Origin: a virus
Length of the DNA: 64,000 nt
Direction: 5' to 3' (one strand)
Virus record (IMG/VR): IMGVR_UViG_3300045976_000088
Location: 33,605 to 97,604 of that record
Shown: one piece after another, positions 55,750 through 64,000 of the stretch
Numbering within the stretch: the stretch's first letter is position 1
Layout of the letters: each line of letters starts with the position of its first letter
Program-made: the position numbers and the translations under genes
Notes under the pieces: generated by a model
What the model was told of the DNA's origin: nothing
Database searches by the model: none
Seen by the model: only the letters and a program-made list of their open reading frames with translations

Positions 55750-56925
55750 ATGTACGGTCGGTCCCCGAGCTCACAGAAGGCCGACGCCCGCCCGATTTCC
55801 TTCGTGCTCGACGATCAATCGAGCGCTGGTGCGTCGCCCGTCAGCGTCAACCTGGCAATCCGCCCGGAAGACCTGTCGCGCACCGACACTTCGCGCATCT
55901 CGGTGCAGCAGACCCTTGGTGGCGCCTGGGCCGACAACTTCGGCGCCGGCATCCCGACGATCAGCATCAGCGGTCACACAGGCTGGAAGCCGGCCGCCAC
56001 GGGGAACGACACCAAGGATGGCGCAGAGCGTTTCCAGTGGCTGTTCGAGAACGTGTTCGAGAAGTGGCACTCGCTGCGCGGCGATGCGGTGAAGGCGGGC
56101 AAGAACCCGGACCTGGTGAAGCTGGTCTATGCGGATTCGCTCGACAGCATCGTCTCGGTGGTCGCGCCGATGAGTTTCGCGCTGCGCCGCTCGAAGTCGC
56201 GTCCGCTGCTGTTCCAGTTCCAGATCGCTCTGACCGTCCTGTCCGATGACATCGACGCGCTCGACTACCTGACCTTCAACAGCCCCGACCCCACCTCAGA
56301 CAAGCAGGCGCTGCAGTCGGCCGGCCTCGACAGCATGGTGGCCTCGATCAGCCAGCTGACGTCTTACCAGCAGGACATCCAGAACTACATCGCCAGCACG
56401 CTGGTGGCGCCGGCGCGCTACTACCTGCAGCAGTCGGTGGCGCTCTACAACGCGGTGAACACCGCGGTGGAGAACAACGACCAGATCGCGAGCCAGCTGA
56501 TCGCTGCTGCGCGCATGACGGCACAGGCTGGCCTGAACGTGTTCCGCACGCTGGCGGCTGCTGAGAGCGCGAGCAGTCAGGTCAAGGCGCGCCTGATGGA
56601 GGTGGCTGGAGCCTTCAGCAACATCTTCTGCGTGCTCGGGAACGCCCTGCTGCAGCAGCAGTATTACCCCGACTACGATCCGCTGTTCGGCTCCTCGAAT
56701 TGCTCCAGCACCAGCGGCGGCCGCCCGCTCAGTCCGCTGTCGGGCGTGAACCCGTTCTACCTCTACTCGCCGACCAGCCAGGCGCTGCCGGTGACGCTTT
56801 CCGACAGCGCGCGCAACACCATGCAGACGCTAGCGTCGAATGACGTGGTGCAGGCTCCCCTGTCGCAATCGTCGATCCAGGCTTCGCTCTCGGTCATTCA
56901 ATCCGGCTTCACGGTGAGCGCATGA
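55750..56925 (+). CDS. Baseplate/tube-initiator-like protein
   Basis: IRPEDLS...QTLGGAWADNFG...ISISGHTG; position. Confidence 0.55.
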   Translation: MYGRSPSSQKADARPISFVLDDQSSAGASPVSVNLAIRPEDLSRTDTSRISVQQTLGGAWADNFGAGIPTISISGHTGWKPAATGNDTKDGAERFQWLFENVFEKWHSLRGDAVKAGKNPDLVKLVYADSLDSIVSVVAPMSFALRRSKSRPLLFQFQIALTVLSDDIDALDYLTFNSPDPTSDKQALQSAGLDSMVASISQLTSYQQDIQNYIASTLVAPARYYLQQSVALYNAVNTAVENNDQIASQLIAAARMTAQAGLNVFRTLAAAESASSQVKARLMEVAGAFSNIFCVLGNALLQQQYYPDYDPLFGSSNCSSTSGGRPLSPLSGVNPFYLYSPTSQALPVTLSDSARNTMQTLASNDVVQAPLSQSSIQASLSVIQSGFTVSA

Positions 56926-57551
56926 GCACGCAACAGGCCTACCAGAAGCCTCTCTACGGCTTTCGCTTCGTCGAGATCCAGCAGGGCGACTCGCTGCAGG
57001 TGATCGCTGCGCGCGAGCTTGGCGATGCTGCGCTCTGGTACCAGCTGATCGCCCTCAACGGCCTGGTGCCGCCGTACATCACAGACGATCCGACGCAGGC
57101 CTCGGCCGGAGTGCTGCTGTCGGGCGGCTCGCTCAAGGTTCCGGCGCCGCAACCTGTCGCCACCACGACGACAGACCCCACCGAGGTCTTCCTGAGCGAC
57201 ATTCAGCTCGACCCGTATGGCGGGCTATCGGTCGACGACAACGGAGACTTCGCGGTGGCGTCCGGTGTGGACAACCTGAACCAGGCGCTGTCGAACCGCG
57301 TCAGCACCGACCGTGGAGAACTGATCTATCACACCGACTACGGGTCGCGTGTGCGGCGCCTGCAGGGCACCGTCAATGGGCCCACGGCGGGCCTGCTGGC
57401 GGCCCAGTACGCGAAGTCTGCCGTGCAGGCGGATCCCCGCGTCAAGCAGGTGAACCAGGCCGTGGCCGACATCTCCGGCGACGCCATCAACGTCAGCGTC
57501 GAGGTGCAACCGATCAGCGGGCGCGTGATCAGCGTCACCGCAACCCTCTAG
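56922..57551 (+). CDS. LysM-like plus gp25-like baseplate wedge protein
   Basis: QGDSLQVIAARELGDA..W..LIALN and NLNQAL..R..T..GEL..H..YGS motifs. Confidence 0.75.
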   Translation: MSTQQAYQKPLYGFRFVEIQQGDSLQVIAARELGDAALWYQLIALNGLVPPYITDDPTQASAGVLLSGGSLKVPAPQPVATTTTDPTEVFLSDIQLDPYGGLSVDDNGDFAVASGVDNLNQALSNRVSTDRGELIYHTDYGSRVRRLQGTVNGPTAGLLAAQYAKSAVQADPRVKQVNQAVADISGDAINVSVEVQPISGRVISVTATL

Positions 57552-57558
57552 GACCGCC

Positions 57559-58683
57559 ATGGCATTTCAGATCAAGGATTTCGCATCGATCGTCGCTGGT
57601 TGCATCAACTGGGTGAAGTCCGCGACCAGCAAGATCACCGATTTCAACGTCGGCAGCGTGGCGCGCACGATGATCGAAGCGCCGGCCGCCGAGATGGACC
57701 AGCTGTACCAGAACCTGGTGATCGGCCTGCAAGAGGCCATTCCCGTCTCGGTGTTCACCACGTTCGGTTTCAACCAGATCCCGGCCGAGGCCGCATCGGG
57801 CATCGTTCGTTTCTCGACCGGCGGCCCGCTGGCAACCTCGACCATCACGGTGCCGGCGGGTTCGGTGGTGAAAGTGCCGGGGACGTCGCAGAGCTACGCG
57901 ACACAGGCCACTGCGACGATCAACGTCGGCGCATCCTATGTGGACGTGCTGGTGGCCGCGCAAACACCGGGTGTCGCTGGCAACACCGACTCCAGCACGA
58001 TCACCGAGATGAGCACGCCGGTCTCTGGTGTCGCGTCGGTGACCAACCCCAACCCATTCATCAACGGCCGCGACCAGGAAACCGACGACGAGCGCAAGAC
58101 CCGCTTCCAGAGCTACGTCAGCACGCTCTCGCGCGGCACAAACTCGGCGATCGAGTACGGCGCGAAGTCGGCGAACCTGACCGACGCGAACGGCACGATC
58201 ACCGAGTACGTTGCCTATGCCAAGGTCTATGAGCCCTACGTGAGCGACAACACGCAGCCGGTGGCGTTGGTCGACGTCTACATCCACAACGGCGCCAGCG
58301 CCACCTCGGGCCAGTTGGTGGCAGCTGCTCAGAACGTCGTTAACGGCTACTACGATGCCGCGGCCAACGCCATCCCTGGCTGGAAGGCCGCTGGCGTCAA
58401 TGTCGTGGTGTCGGCCGCGAACGACAAGGTGATCAATGTCACCGGCACGCTGACGCTGGACACCGGTGTCGACCACGACAGCACCGTGGCATCTGCAGCA
58501 GCCGCTGTGAAGGCCTACATCCAGGGCCTCGACGTCGGCGCTACCGTGGTGCTGGCCGAGCTCATCGCCATCATCATGCGCGACATCCCTGGCGTCTACA
58601 ACGTGGTGCTCGCAACGCCAAATGCCGACGTCACCTGCGCAGTGAACGAAAAAGCCATTGCAGGCACGGTGACCCTCTCATGA
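57559..58683 (+). CDS. Baseplate J-like protein
   Basis: TDFNVGSVART, G..GN and GRDQETDDERKTRF motifs. Confidence 0.85.
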   Translation: MAFQIKDFASIVAGCINWVKSATSKITDFNVGSVARTMIEAPAAEMDQLYQNLVIGLQEAIPVSVFTTFGFNQIPAEAASGIVRFSTGGPLATSTITVPAGSVVKVPGTSQSYATQATATINVGASYVDVLVAAQTPGVAGNTDSSTITEMSTPVSGVASVTNPNPFINGRDQETDDERKTRFQSYVSTLSRGTNSAIEYGAKSANLTDANGTITEYVAYAKVYEPYVSDNTQPVALVDVYIHNGASATSGQLVAAAQNVVNGYYDAAANAIPGWKAAGVNVVVSAANDKVINVTGTLTLDTGVDHDSTVASAAAAVKAYIQGLDVGATVVLAELIAIIMRDIPGVYNVVLATPNADVTCAVNEKAIAGTVTLS

Positions 58684-59618
58684 AGCTGACCACCACGCTC
58701 ATCGGGTACCTGAATCGGGTCTTCAAGAAAGACCCTGAGCAGGTGCTGGCGCTGCGCCTCAACTACGACGGCGCGATGACTTGGACGGTGGCCGATGGCG
58801 TGCTCACCACCAGCGTGACGGGCGGCAGCGGCACGCCGTTGCAGGTGAATCTGAGCAACTACACGATCTCCTCGCTGTGCGCTTACCTGGCGCAGCAGCA
58901 GGGCTACACGGTCCCTTACCAGGACACATCTTCTCTCGCATCGCGCTCGGCCATGGTGTTGCTCGACGGAAGCGGCGACCAGGGCGCGTCGAACGGAGAT
59001 CACATCTACGGGTACACCTCGGTTCTGTGGACCTACATGGATGCGATCGCCAACGAGCTCACGCTGATCGGCTTGGCGATCCAGGAGGGCCTGCTGCAGA
59101 TGGCGGCGTCGACCGCGGAAGGCGAGTGGGTGGATTTCCATGGCGACTACTACAACGTGCAGCGCAACCAGGGCGAGCTCGATGCGGCCTACGCGGCGCG
59201 CATCGTTGCGGAGGTGGTGCGCGCGCGCGGCAACAACGTCTCGATCGCTGAAGCGATCCGTGTTGCTGTGCAGGCCGACTCGACTCGTGTCGACGACGTG
59301 ACCACCTACACGACGGCCGCCAACGGCACGAAAAGTTATGGCCTGTTCGATGTCACGGTGGAATCGACCGTGGACGTGCCGATGGGTTCAACAGAGGATT
59401 CTGTCGTCCGCAACCTCATCGAGGTGATGCGCGATTCTGGCACCCATCTTCGGCAGCTCAAGTACGTCCGCAAGAACTCGCTCTACACCTACCCTGCGGC
59501 CGTGCTGAAGACCGGCATGAACGTCAACATCCCGAACAGCAACGCGCTGCTCTACGACGGCTCCTGGGTCTTCAACGGGTCGCAGTATTTCAACGGCGTG
59601 ATCAACTACCCGCCGTGA
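58680..59618 (+). CDS. Baseplate wedge protein (gpI-like)
   Basis: TAEGEWVDFHG.YY.V.R..GE.D..Y..RI motif. Confidence 0.7.
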   Translation: MKLTTTLIGYLNRVFKKDPEQVLALRLNYDGAMTWTVADGVLTTSVTGGSGTPLQVNLSNYTISSLCAYLAQQQGYTVPYQDTSSLASRSAMVLLDGSGDQGASNGDHIYGYTSVLWTYMDAIANELTLIGLAIQEGLLQMAASTAEGEWVDFHGDYYNVQRNQGELDAAYAARIVAEVVRARGNNVSIAEAIRVAVQADSTRVDDVTTYTTAANGTKSYGLFDVTVESTVDVPMGSTEDSVVRNLIEVMRDSGTHLRQLKYVRKNSLYTYPAAVLKTGMNVNIPNSNALLYDGSWVFNGSQYFNGVINYPP

Positions 59619-59627
59619 TGCAACCAT
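59613..59627 (+). promoter_or_regulatory. TCGTGA-box variant promoter (tail fibre)
   Basis: CCGTGA-tgc-AACCAT overlapping the upstream stop; ATG 59651. Confidence 0.55.
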
Positions 59628-59650
59628 TCAACGGATAACAGCAAGGCGCC

Positions 59651-61195
59651 ATGTCTACCCTCTATCGCGTCATCTACACCGACTACGGCCTGGCTGCGAT
59701 CGCGGCCGCCATTTCATCCGGCACGCCGATCAACCTGACGCAGGTCGCGGTCGGAGATGGCAATGGCGTCGACGTCACGCCGAGCCAGAGCATGACGTCG
59801 CTGGTGCACGAGGTCTATCGAGCGGCCGTCAACACCGTCGAGCAAGACCCGGCCGAGCCGACCGACTACTACGTCGAGATGATCATCCCGTCGACGGTGG
59901 GGGGGTGGACGATCCGAGAGTTCGGCATCTACGATGATCACGGCAATCTGTTCGCCGTCGGCAACTACCCGGACACCTATAAGACGCTGCCGACCGATGG
60001 GGCCACCAGCGACCTGGCGATTCGCGCCGAGATCCTGGTGCAGAACGCCGGCGTCATCACGGTGATGGTCGACCCCAACGTCGCGGTCGCATCGCGCGCC
60101 TGGGTGACGAACAACATCACGGTGCCTTTCTTGCTACCCGGTGGCACCACGCACCAGGTGCTGCGGAAAAAGAGCAACGCCGACGGCGACACCGAATGGG
60201 CGGACGTCACTGACGTGAACGTCATCGTGCAGGTGGTGCAGGAAATCCAGACCATCGCGGCCGGCCAGCTGACCTTCAACCTGGCGACGTGCACCACTGA
60301 TGGTCTGTCGGTACACGTCGGCGGCGCGCTGATCCCGAAGCGCGCCGGCGCCGGCGGTTGGCAGACCGGCACGCCGAGCGGCACGCAGGTCGTGCTGGGA
60401 ACCCAGTACCCTGTCGGCACCGAAGTGGTGTTCCTGCAGAACGAGCCCGCCAGCACGTTGACCGTGCCGCTGGACCAGTCCAAGAACCTGTCGGACGTGC
60501 TCGACAAGGCTGCTGCGCGCACGAACCTCGACATCTACAGCAAAGCGGAAACCGACCAGAAGGCGCCCGCCGGCATGGTTGCTCACTTCGCAATGCTCGC
60601 GCCGCCTACCGGCTGGCTGAAGGCCAACGGTGCGCTGGTGTCGCGCACGGCCTATGCGACCCTGTTCGCAGCGATCGGCACCACGTTCGGCGCCGGCGAT
60701 GGCAGCACGACGTTCGCACTGCCGGACCTGCGTGGCGAGTTCCTGCGCGGCCTCGATGATGGCCGCGGCGTCGACCCCGGGCGCTTGCTTGGCACCTTCG
60801 AGTCGAGTCAGAACCTGTCGCACTCGCACACGGGCACGAGCGCAACCGCTGGCAGCCACTCGCACACCGGCTCGACGTCAGCCGCCGGCGACCACGCGCA
60901 CTCTGGCTCGACGAGCGCGATCGGCGACCACACGCACAGCTTCTCGGCGATCCAGGCTGGCGGTATCCAGTCCGGCAACTCGGACGGACGTTACAGCGCC
61001 ACGCCAACAGCCAGCACCACCGGCGCGGCAGGCGGTCACTCGCACTCGATTACCACGAACACGGCCGGCAGCCACAGCCACTCGATCACCACGTCGACGA
61101 CGGGCGACCACAACCACACGCTGTCGATCGACGCCAACGGCGGCACCGAGGCCCGCCCGCGCAACATCGCCCTCCTGGTCTGCATCAAGTATTGA
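59651..61195 (+). CDS. Tail fibre protein
   Basis: P2-H-like N-terminus (AVGDGNG, GGWTIREFG), collar domain (GWLKANG...LPDLRGEFLRG), GxHxH repeats and EARPRNIAL. Confidence 0.88.
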   Translation: MSTLYRVIYTDYGLAAIAAAISSGTPINLTQVAVGDGNGVDVTPSQSMTSLVHEVYRAAVNTVEQDPAEPTDYYVEMIIPSTVGGWTIREFGIYDDHGNLFAVGNYPDTYKTLPTDGATSDLAIRAEILVQNAGVITVMVDPNVAVASRAWVTNNITVPFLLPGGTTHQVLRKKSNADGDTEWADVTDVNVIVQVVQEIQTIAAGQLTFNLATCTTDGLSVHVGGALIPKRAGAGGWQTGTPSGTQVVLGTQYPVGTEVVFLQNEPASTLTVPLDQSKNLSDVLDKAAARTNLDIYSKAETDQKAPAGMVAHFAMLAPPTGWLKANGALVSRTAYATLFAAIGTTFGAGDGSTTFALPDLRGEFLRGLDDGRGVDPGRLLGTFESSQNLSHSHTGTSATAGSHSHTGSTSAAGDHAHSGSTSAIGDHTHSFSAIQAGGIQSGNSDGRYSATPTASTTGAAGGHSHSITTNTAGSHSHSITTSTTGDHNHTLSIDANGGTEARPRNIALLVCIKY

Positions 61196-61197
61196 TC

Positions 61198-61497
61198 ATG
61201 ATCGTCTATCAAACCGACCGCGACGGCTGGTATGTCGGCACCATCACTGCCGACGAAAGCCCGCTTGAACCTGGCGTGTACCTGATCCCAGCGGGCGCCT
61301 ACGCAGACCCGCCACCGGATCAACCGTGGCCGCCTGGCACGACACCACGTCGCACCGGCGACCGCTGGTCCATGCAGTACAACGGGCGCCCGACCGGCGC
61401 CACGCCGGTGCAGAAGCTGGCCGAGTTCCTGGCGGCCAACCCTGACGTTGCCGCGCTCATCAACAACAAGCAGGGCGCAAGCCCGGGAGGTGTATGA
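61198..61497 (+). CDS. Tail fibre assembly-like protein
   Basis: VYQTD..G.YVG...ADESPLEPGVYLIPAGA motif. Confidence 0.7.
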   Translation: MIVYQTDRDGWYVGTITADESPLEPGVYLIPAGAYADPPPDQPWPPGTTPRRTGDRWSMQYNGRPTGATPVQKLAEFLAANPDVAALINNKQGASPGGV

Positions 61498-62198
61498 ATC
61501 TGCTCGACTTCATGGTTGGGATGACCGGTGTTGTGCTGCCATTCGCCGGCAGCAGCCCACCATCTGGATGGCTTCTCTGCAACGGCCAGCAGGTCAGCCG
61601 CACGACTTACCCCGAACTCTTTGCGGCGATCGGCACCACGTTCGGTGTCGGTGATGGCAGCACGACGTTCAACGTGCCCGATCTGCGCGGCCGCGTCGCC
61701 GCAGGCAAAGACGACATGGGCGGCACGGCCGCCAACGTGCTCCAGGTCTCGACGACGATTACCACGACGGCTGGCAGCGCTACAGCGACCGTCGGCAGCG
61801 CCTCCGGCTTGGCGATCGGAATGTCGGTCAAGGCGTCGACTGTGCCCGCCGGCGTGACGATCTCCGACATCAACGGAACGACTGTCACGCTATCGACCGG
61901 CACCGGTGTGACCGCGGGCACGTCGACAGCGGCCCGCTTTTCCAGCGTGGGGGATGCGCAGTCGCTCGGGTCTTCCGGCGGAACGCAGGCGCACACGATG
62001 GTGACGAAGCAGATGCCGGCTCACAACCACACGTTCGCCAGCGGATCGCAAACGATGGTGCTCGCAAACGGCCCTGGTGCTGGCGTCGCCGCGGGGGCTG
62101 CGAGCGGTCAATACCAAACCATGGACAACACGGGCGGCGGACAGCCGCACCCGAACGTGCAGCCGACCATGGTGCTGAACCACATCATCAAGACTTAG
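61494..62198 (+). CDS. Tail-collar-domain protein
   Basis: GWLLCNGQ.VSRTTY..LFAAIGT...PDLRGR and HPNVQPT..LNHIIK motifs. Confidence 0.82.
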   Translation: MNLLDFMVGMTGVVLPFAGSSPPSGWLLCNGQQVSRTTYPELFAAIGTTFGVGDGSTTFNVPDLRGRVAAGKDDMGGTAANVLQVSTTITTTAGSATATVGSASGLAIGMSVKASTVPAGVTISDINGTTVTLSTGTGVTAGTSTAARFSSVGDAQSLGSSGGTQAHTMVTKQMPAHNHTFASGSQTMVLANGPGAGVAAGAASGQYQTMDNTGGGQPHPNVQPTMVLNHIIKT

Positions 62199-62219
62199 GG
62201 GTTGACCCACCCCGCTGAG

Positions 62220-62245
62220 CAGCCCCGGATTTCCGGGGCTTTTTT
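62220..62245 (+). terminator. Rho-independent terminator
   Basis: AGCCCCGG-ATTT-CCGGGGCT followed by a T run. Confidence 0.88.
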
Positions 62246-62248
62246 GTG

Positions 62249-62263
62249 TCGTGACGTGACACT
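62249..62263 (+). promoter_or_regulatory. TCGTGA-box promoter (lysis operon)
   Basis: TCGTGA-cgt-GACACT directly after the terminator; ATG 62290. Confidence 0.7.
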
Positions 62264-62289
62264 GCGGTGGTCGAAATAAGAGAGCCAAC

Positions 62290-62664
62290 ATGGACAAGCT
62301 GATTGCCGCAATCGAAGCCATTGCCGAATTCCTTTCCAAGGCAAGCCCGCTTCTCGACAAGGCCGGACGGTTGGTTGCGCTGTTCGACAAGTCGGCGCTG
62401 ATCATGCTGGTGCCGTCGCTGGTGGGCCTCTACTACTACGACCCCGATCTCACCAAGACGCTGATGCAGTGGACCACGCCGGCGGTTTCGATTGCCGGCC
62501 TCTCGATCATCGTCAGCCGCCTGATCTTCCCTCAGATCAAGATCGACGATCTGATCGACCAGGTGAAGAACGACAAGAGCATGGCGGCCGCGATCGTCGT
62601 CGCATCGCTGGTGTTGTTTGTCGGTGTCGTGTTCCTCGGCATCGTCACGTGGGCCAAAGCCTGA
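62290..62664 (+). CDS. Holin-like membrane protein
   Basis: Three hydrophobic segments; directly before the endolysin. Confidence 0.6.
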   Translation: MDKLIAAIEAIAEFLSKASPLLDKAGRLVALFDKSALIMLVPSLVGLYYYDPDLTKTLMQWTTPAVSIAGLSIIVSRLIFPQIKIDDLIDQVKNDKSMAAAIVVASLVLFVGVVFLGIVTWAKA

Positions 62665-62666
62665 CC

Positions 62667-63392
62667 ATGCGCTGGCTGCGCCCGCTCCTCCTGGCGATCG
62701 TCACGCTGGCGCACGGCTGCATGCCGACACCAGCCCCCGCCGCCGAGGCGGTGCCAGCGAACGCACCGAGGTACCTGCCGGTGCTGCGCAGCGCGCAGCT
62801 GCAGACGTGGCCTGACGCGCCGCGTCCAGCCTTCCTCGCGGGCCAGGTCGAGCAGGAGTCGTGCGTCTCGCTGACCAGCTCGCGCTGCTGGAACCCCAGC
62901 GTGCAGCTGCGAACCGCGCGCGAGTGGGGTCGCGGACTCGGCCAAATCACCACGGCCTACAACGCCGACGGCAGCGTGCGCTTCGACAAGCAGGCCGAAC
63001 TGCGCGCCCAGTACGCAAGTCTGCGCGGGTGGACCGCCGAGCGGTGGGCCGATCCCCACTATCAACTGCTCGCCCTGGTCGAGATGGACCACGGCATCTA
63101 CCGCCGCGTCTACGATGCGGCCACGGATCTCGACCGCTTGGCATTCACGCTGAGCGGATACAACGGCGGTGAGTCAGGCGTCCGTCAGGACCGTCTGCTC
63201 TGCCGCAACACGCGCGGCTGCGACCCATCGAAATGGGTCGGCAACGTAGATCGCACCAGCGTCAAATCGCGCGCTCCCTACAAGGGCTATGGCGGAAGTC
63301 CTTACGAGATAAACCGGACCTACGTGCGGAACATCCTTTGGGTGCGAAGCGCGAAATATCAACCCTTCTTTCCTGGCAGCGCCAAGCCATGA
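62667..63392 (+). CDS. Endolysin, lytic transglycosylase with N-terminal signal-like segment
   Basis: QVEQES, GRGLGQIT, LSGYNGG and NRTYVRNI motifs. Confidence 0.8.
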   Translation: MRWLRPLLLAIVTLAHGCMPTPAPAAEAVPANAPRYLPVLRSAQLQTWPDAPRPAFLAGQVEQESCVSLTSSRCWNPSVQLRTAREWGRGLGQITTAYNADGSVRFDKQAELRAQYASLRGWTAERWADPHYQLLALVEMDHGIYRRVYDAATDLDRLAFTLSGYNGGESGVRQDRLLCRNTRGCDPSKWVGNVDRTSVKSRAPYKGYGGSPYEINRTYVRNILWVRSAKYQPFFPGSAKP

Positions 63393-63712
63393 TTCCCGAG
63401 ATGCAATATGTCCTTCTCGCCTTCAACGCCGTCTTCGGCATCGCCGGCTTCTTCGGTGGCATCATCATGAAGGGCATGCTCTCCGACGTGAAGAACCTCC
63501 AGGCCGCCAATTTGGAGATGGTCAGGCAACTGGGCACATTCGCCACGCGCGCCGACGTCAAGGCTGACGTGAGCGAGGTGCGAAATGAAACACGCGAGGC
63601 GCTGAGCGAGATCGCGCGCGCTCAAGCCGAGGGGTTCAACAAAGTCTTCGACAAGATCGATGAGCTCAAGTCGACCGTCGCGCAGAAGGCCGACCGATCC
63701 GAGGTGCGGTGA
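63389..63712 (+). CDS. Membrane-anchored coiled-coil protein (lysis cassette)
   Basis: One N-terminal TM segment; ATGA coupling. Confidence 0.6.
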   Translation: MIPEMQYVLLAFNAVFGIAGFFGGIIMKGMLSDVKNLQAANLEMVRQLGTFATRADVKADVSEVRNETREALSEIARAQAEGFNKVFDKIDELKSTVAQKADRSEVR

Positions 63713-64000
63713 TGCTCGCAACGCTTCAGGAGAAACTGCTGGCGGCCGTGCTGCTGCTGGCGATCGGCGTCCTCATTGGTGCCGGAGGATCGCACCTGTT
63801 CTACGCGCCGCGTCTGGAGCTCGCGCGCAACCAGGTCGCGCAGCTGGGCCAGGACATCAAGGATCAGAACACGGCCATCGACAAGATGAAGTCTGATGCC
63901 GAGGAGCGCGAGCGCCAGGCGCAGGCCGCGATCGACGCCGCGCAGGCCGAGGCGCGCCGGCACCAGACCCACGCGCAGCAGCTGCTATCGCGCCAGAAGC
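63712..64000 (+). CDS. Probable i-spanin (Rz-like), truncated by the window end
   Basis: N-terminal TM segment followed by an Ala/Gln coiled coil; TGATG coupling. Confidence 0.65.
   Translation, partial: MLATLQEKLLAAVLLLAIGVLIGAGGSHLFYAPRLELARNQVAQLGQDIKDQNTAIDKMKSDAEERERQAQAAIDAAQAEARRHQTHAQQLLSRQK

Larger units (their letters stand above)
1..64000. mobile_element. Large myovirus-type phage/prophage segment (both ends lie outside the window)
   Basis: Ordered terminase, portal, protease, capsid, sheath, tube, tape measure, baseplate, fibre and lysis genes; no host housekeeping operon or integrase seen. Confidence 0.96.

Noticed and set aside
59651-62198. Diversity-generating retroelement or invertible tail-fibre switch (two similar collar domains)
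   Set aside because: No reverse transcriptase, invertase, adenine-specific TR/VR pair or inverted crossover sites seen; the similarity is ordinary collar-domain paralogy
62667-62720. Lipoprotein signal in the endolysin (LAHGC)
   Set aside because: The -3/-2 residues (A, H) fit the lipobox poorly; a Sec or SAR-type signal is at least as likely

Overview
The whole window is part of a large, GC-rich tailed phage or prophage with a contractile tail (myovirus type). A Proteobacterial host is plausible but cannot be shown from the sequence, and no integrase or att site is visible. Layout: accessory/early genes at 1-7.7 kb (TrpF-like TIM barrel, metallopeptidase, 5'-nucleotidase, acyl carrier protein, Zn-ribbon/HTH regulator); terS-terL; a glycoside-hydrolase-like gene; a leftward accessory operon; and the portal gene. 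A ~20 kb 'cargo' block follows before the prohead protease: zeta-toxin-like kinase, tRNA-CAT plus structured RNAs, Ser/Thr phosphatase, MuF, InPase, AraC, a DarB-like MTase-SNF2 and a second SNF2. After that come head, neck, tail, baseplate, fibre and lysis genes. The strongest unexplained signal is a dispersed element, (T)CGTGA-N3-nAnnnT, found ~18-20 times, mostly at operon starts and often right after a terminator. In 10 cases it lies 15-16 nt before an ATG that lacks a Shine-Dalgarno, which suggests a phage-specific late promoter making leaderless mRNAs, in a genome that also carries an initiator-like tRNA. Other highlights: a hydrophobic-x-K-[A/S] motif shared by head proteins and cargo enzymes (probable maturation/packaging signal), a modular structured-RNA cluster, a promoter-minigene-terminator unit, a second palindromic operator family, and a probable +1 frameshift in the tail chaperone. 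All product calls come from motif recognition by eye; no database searches were run.
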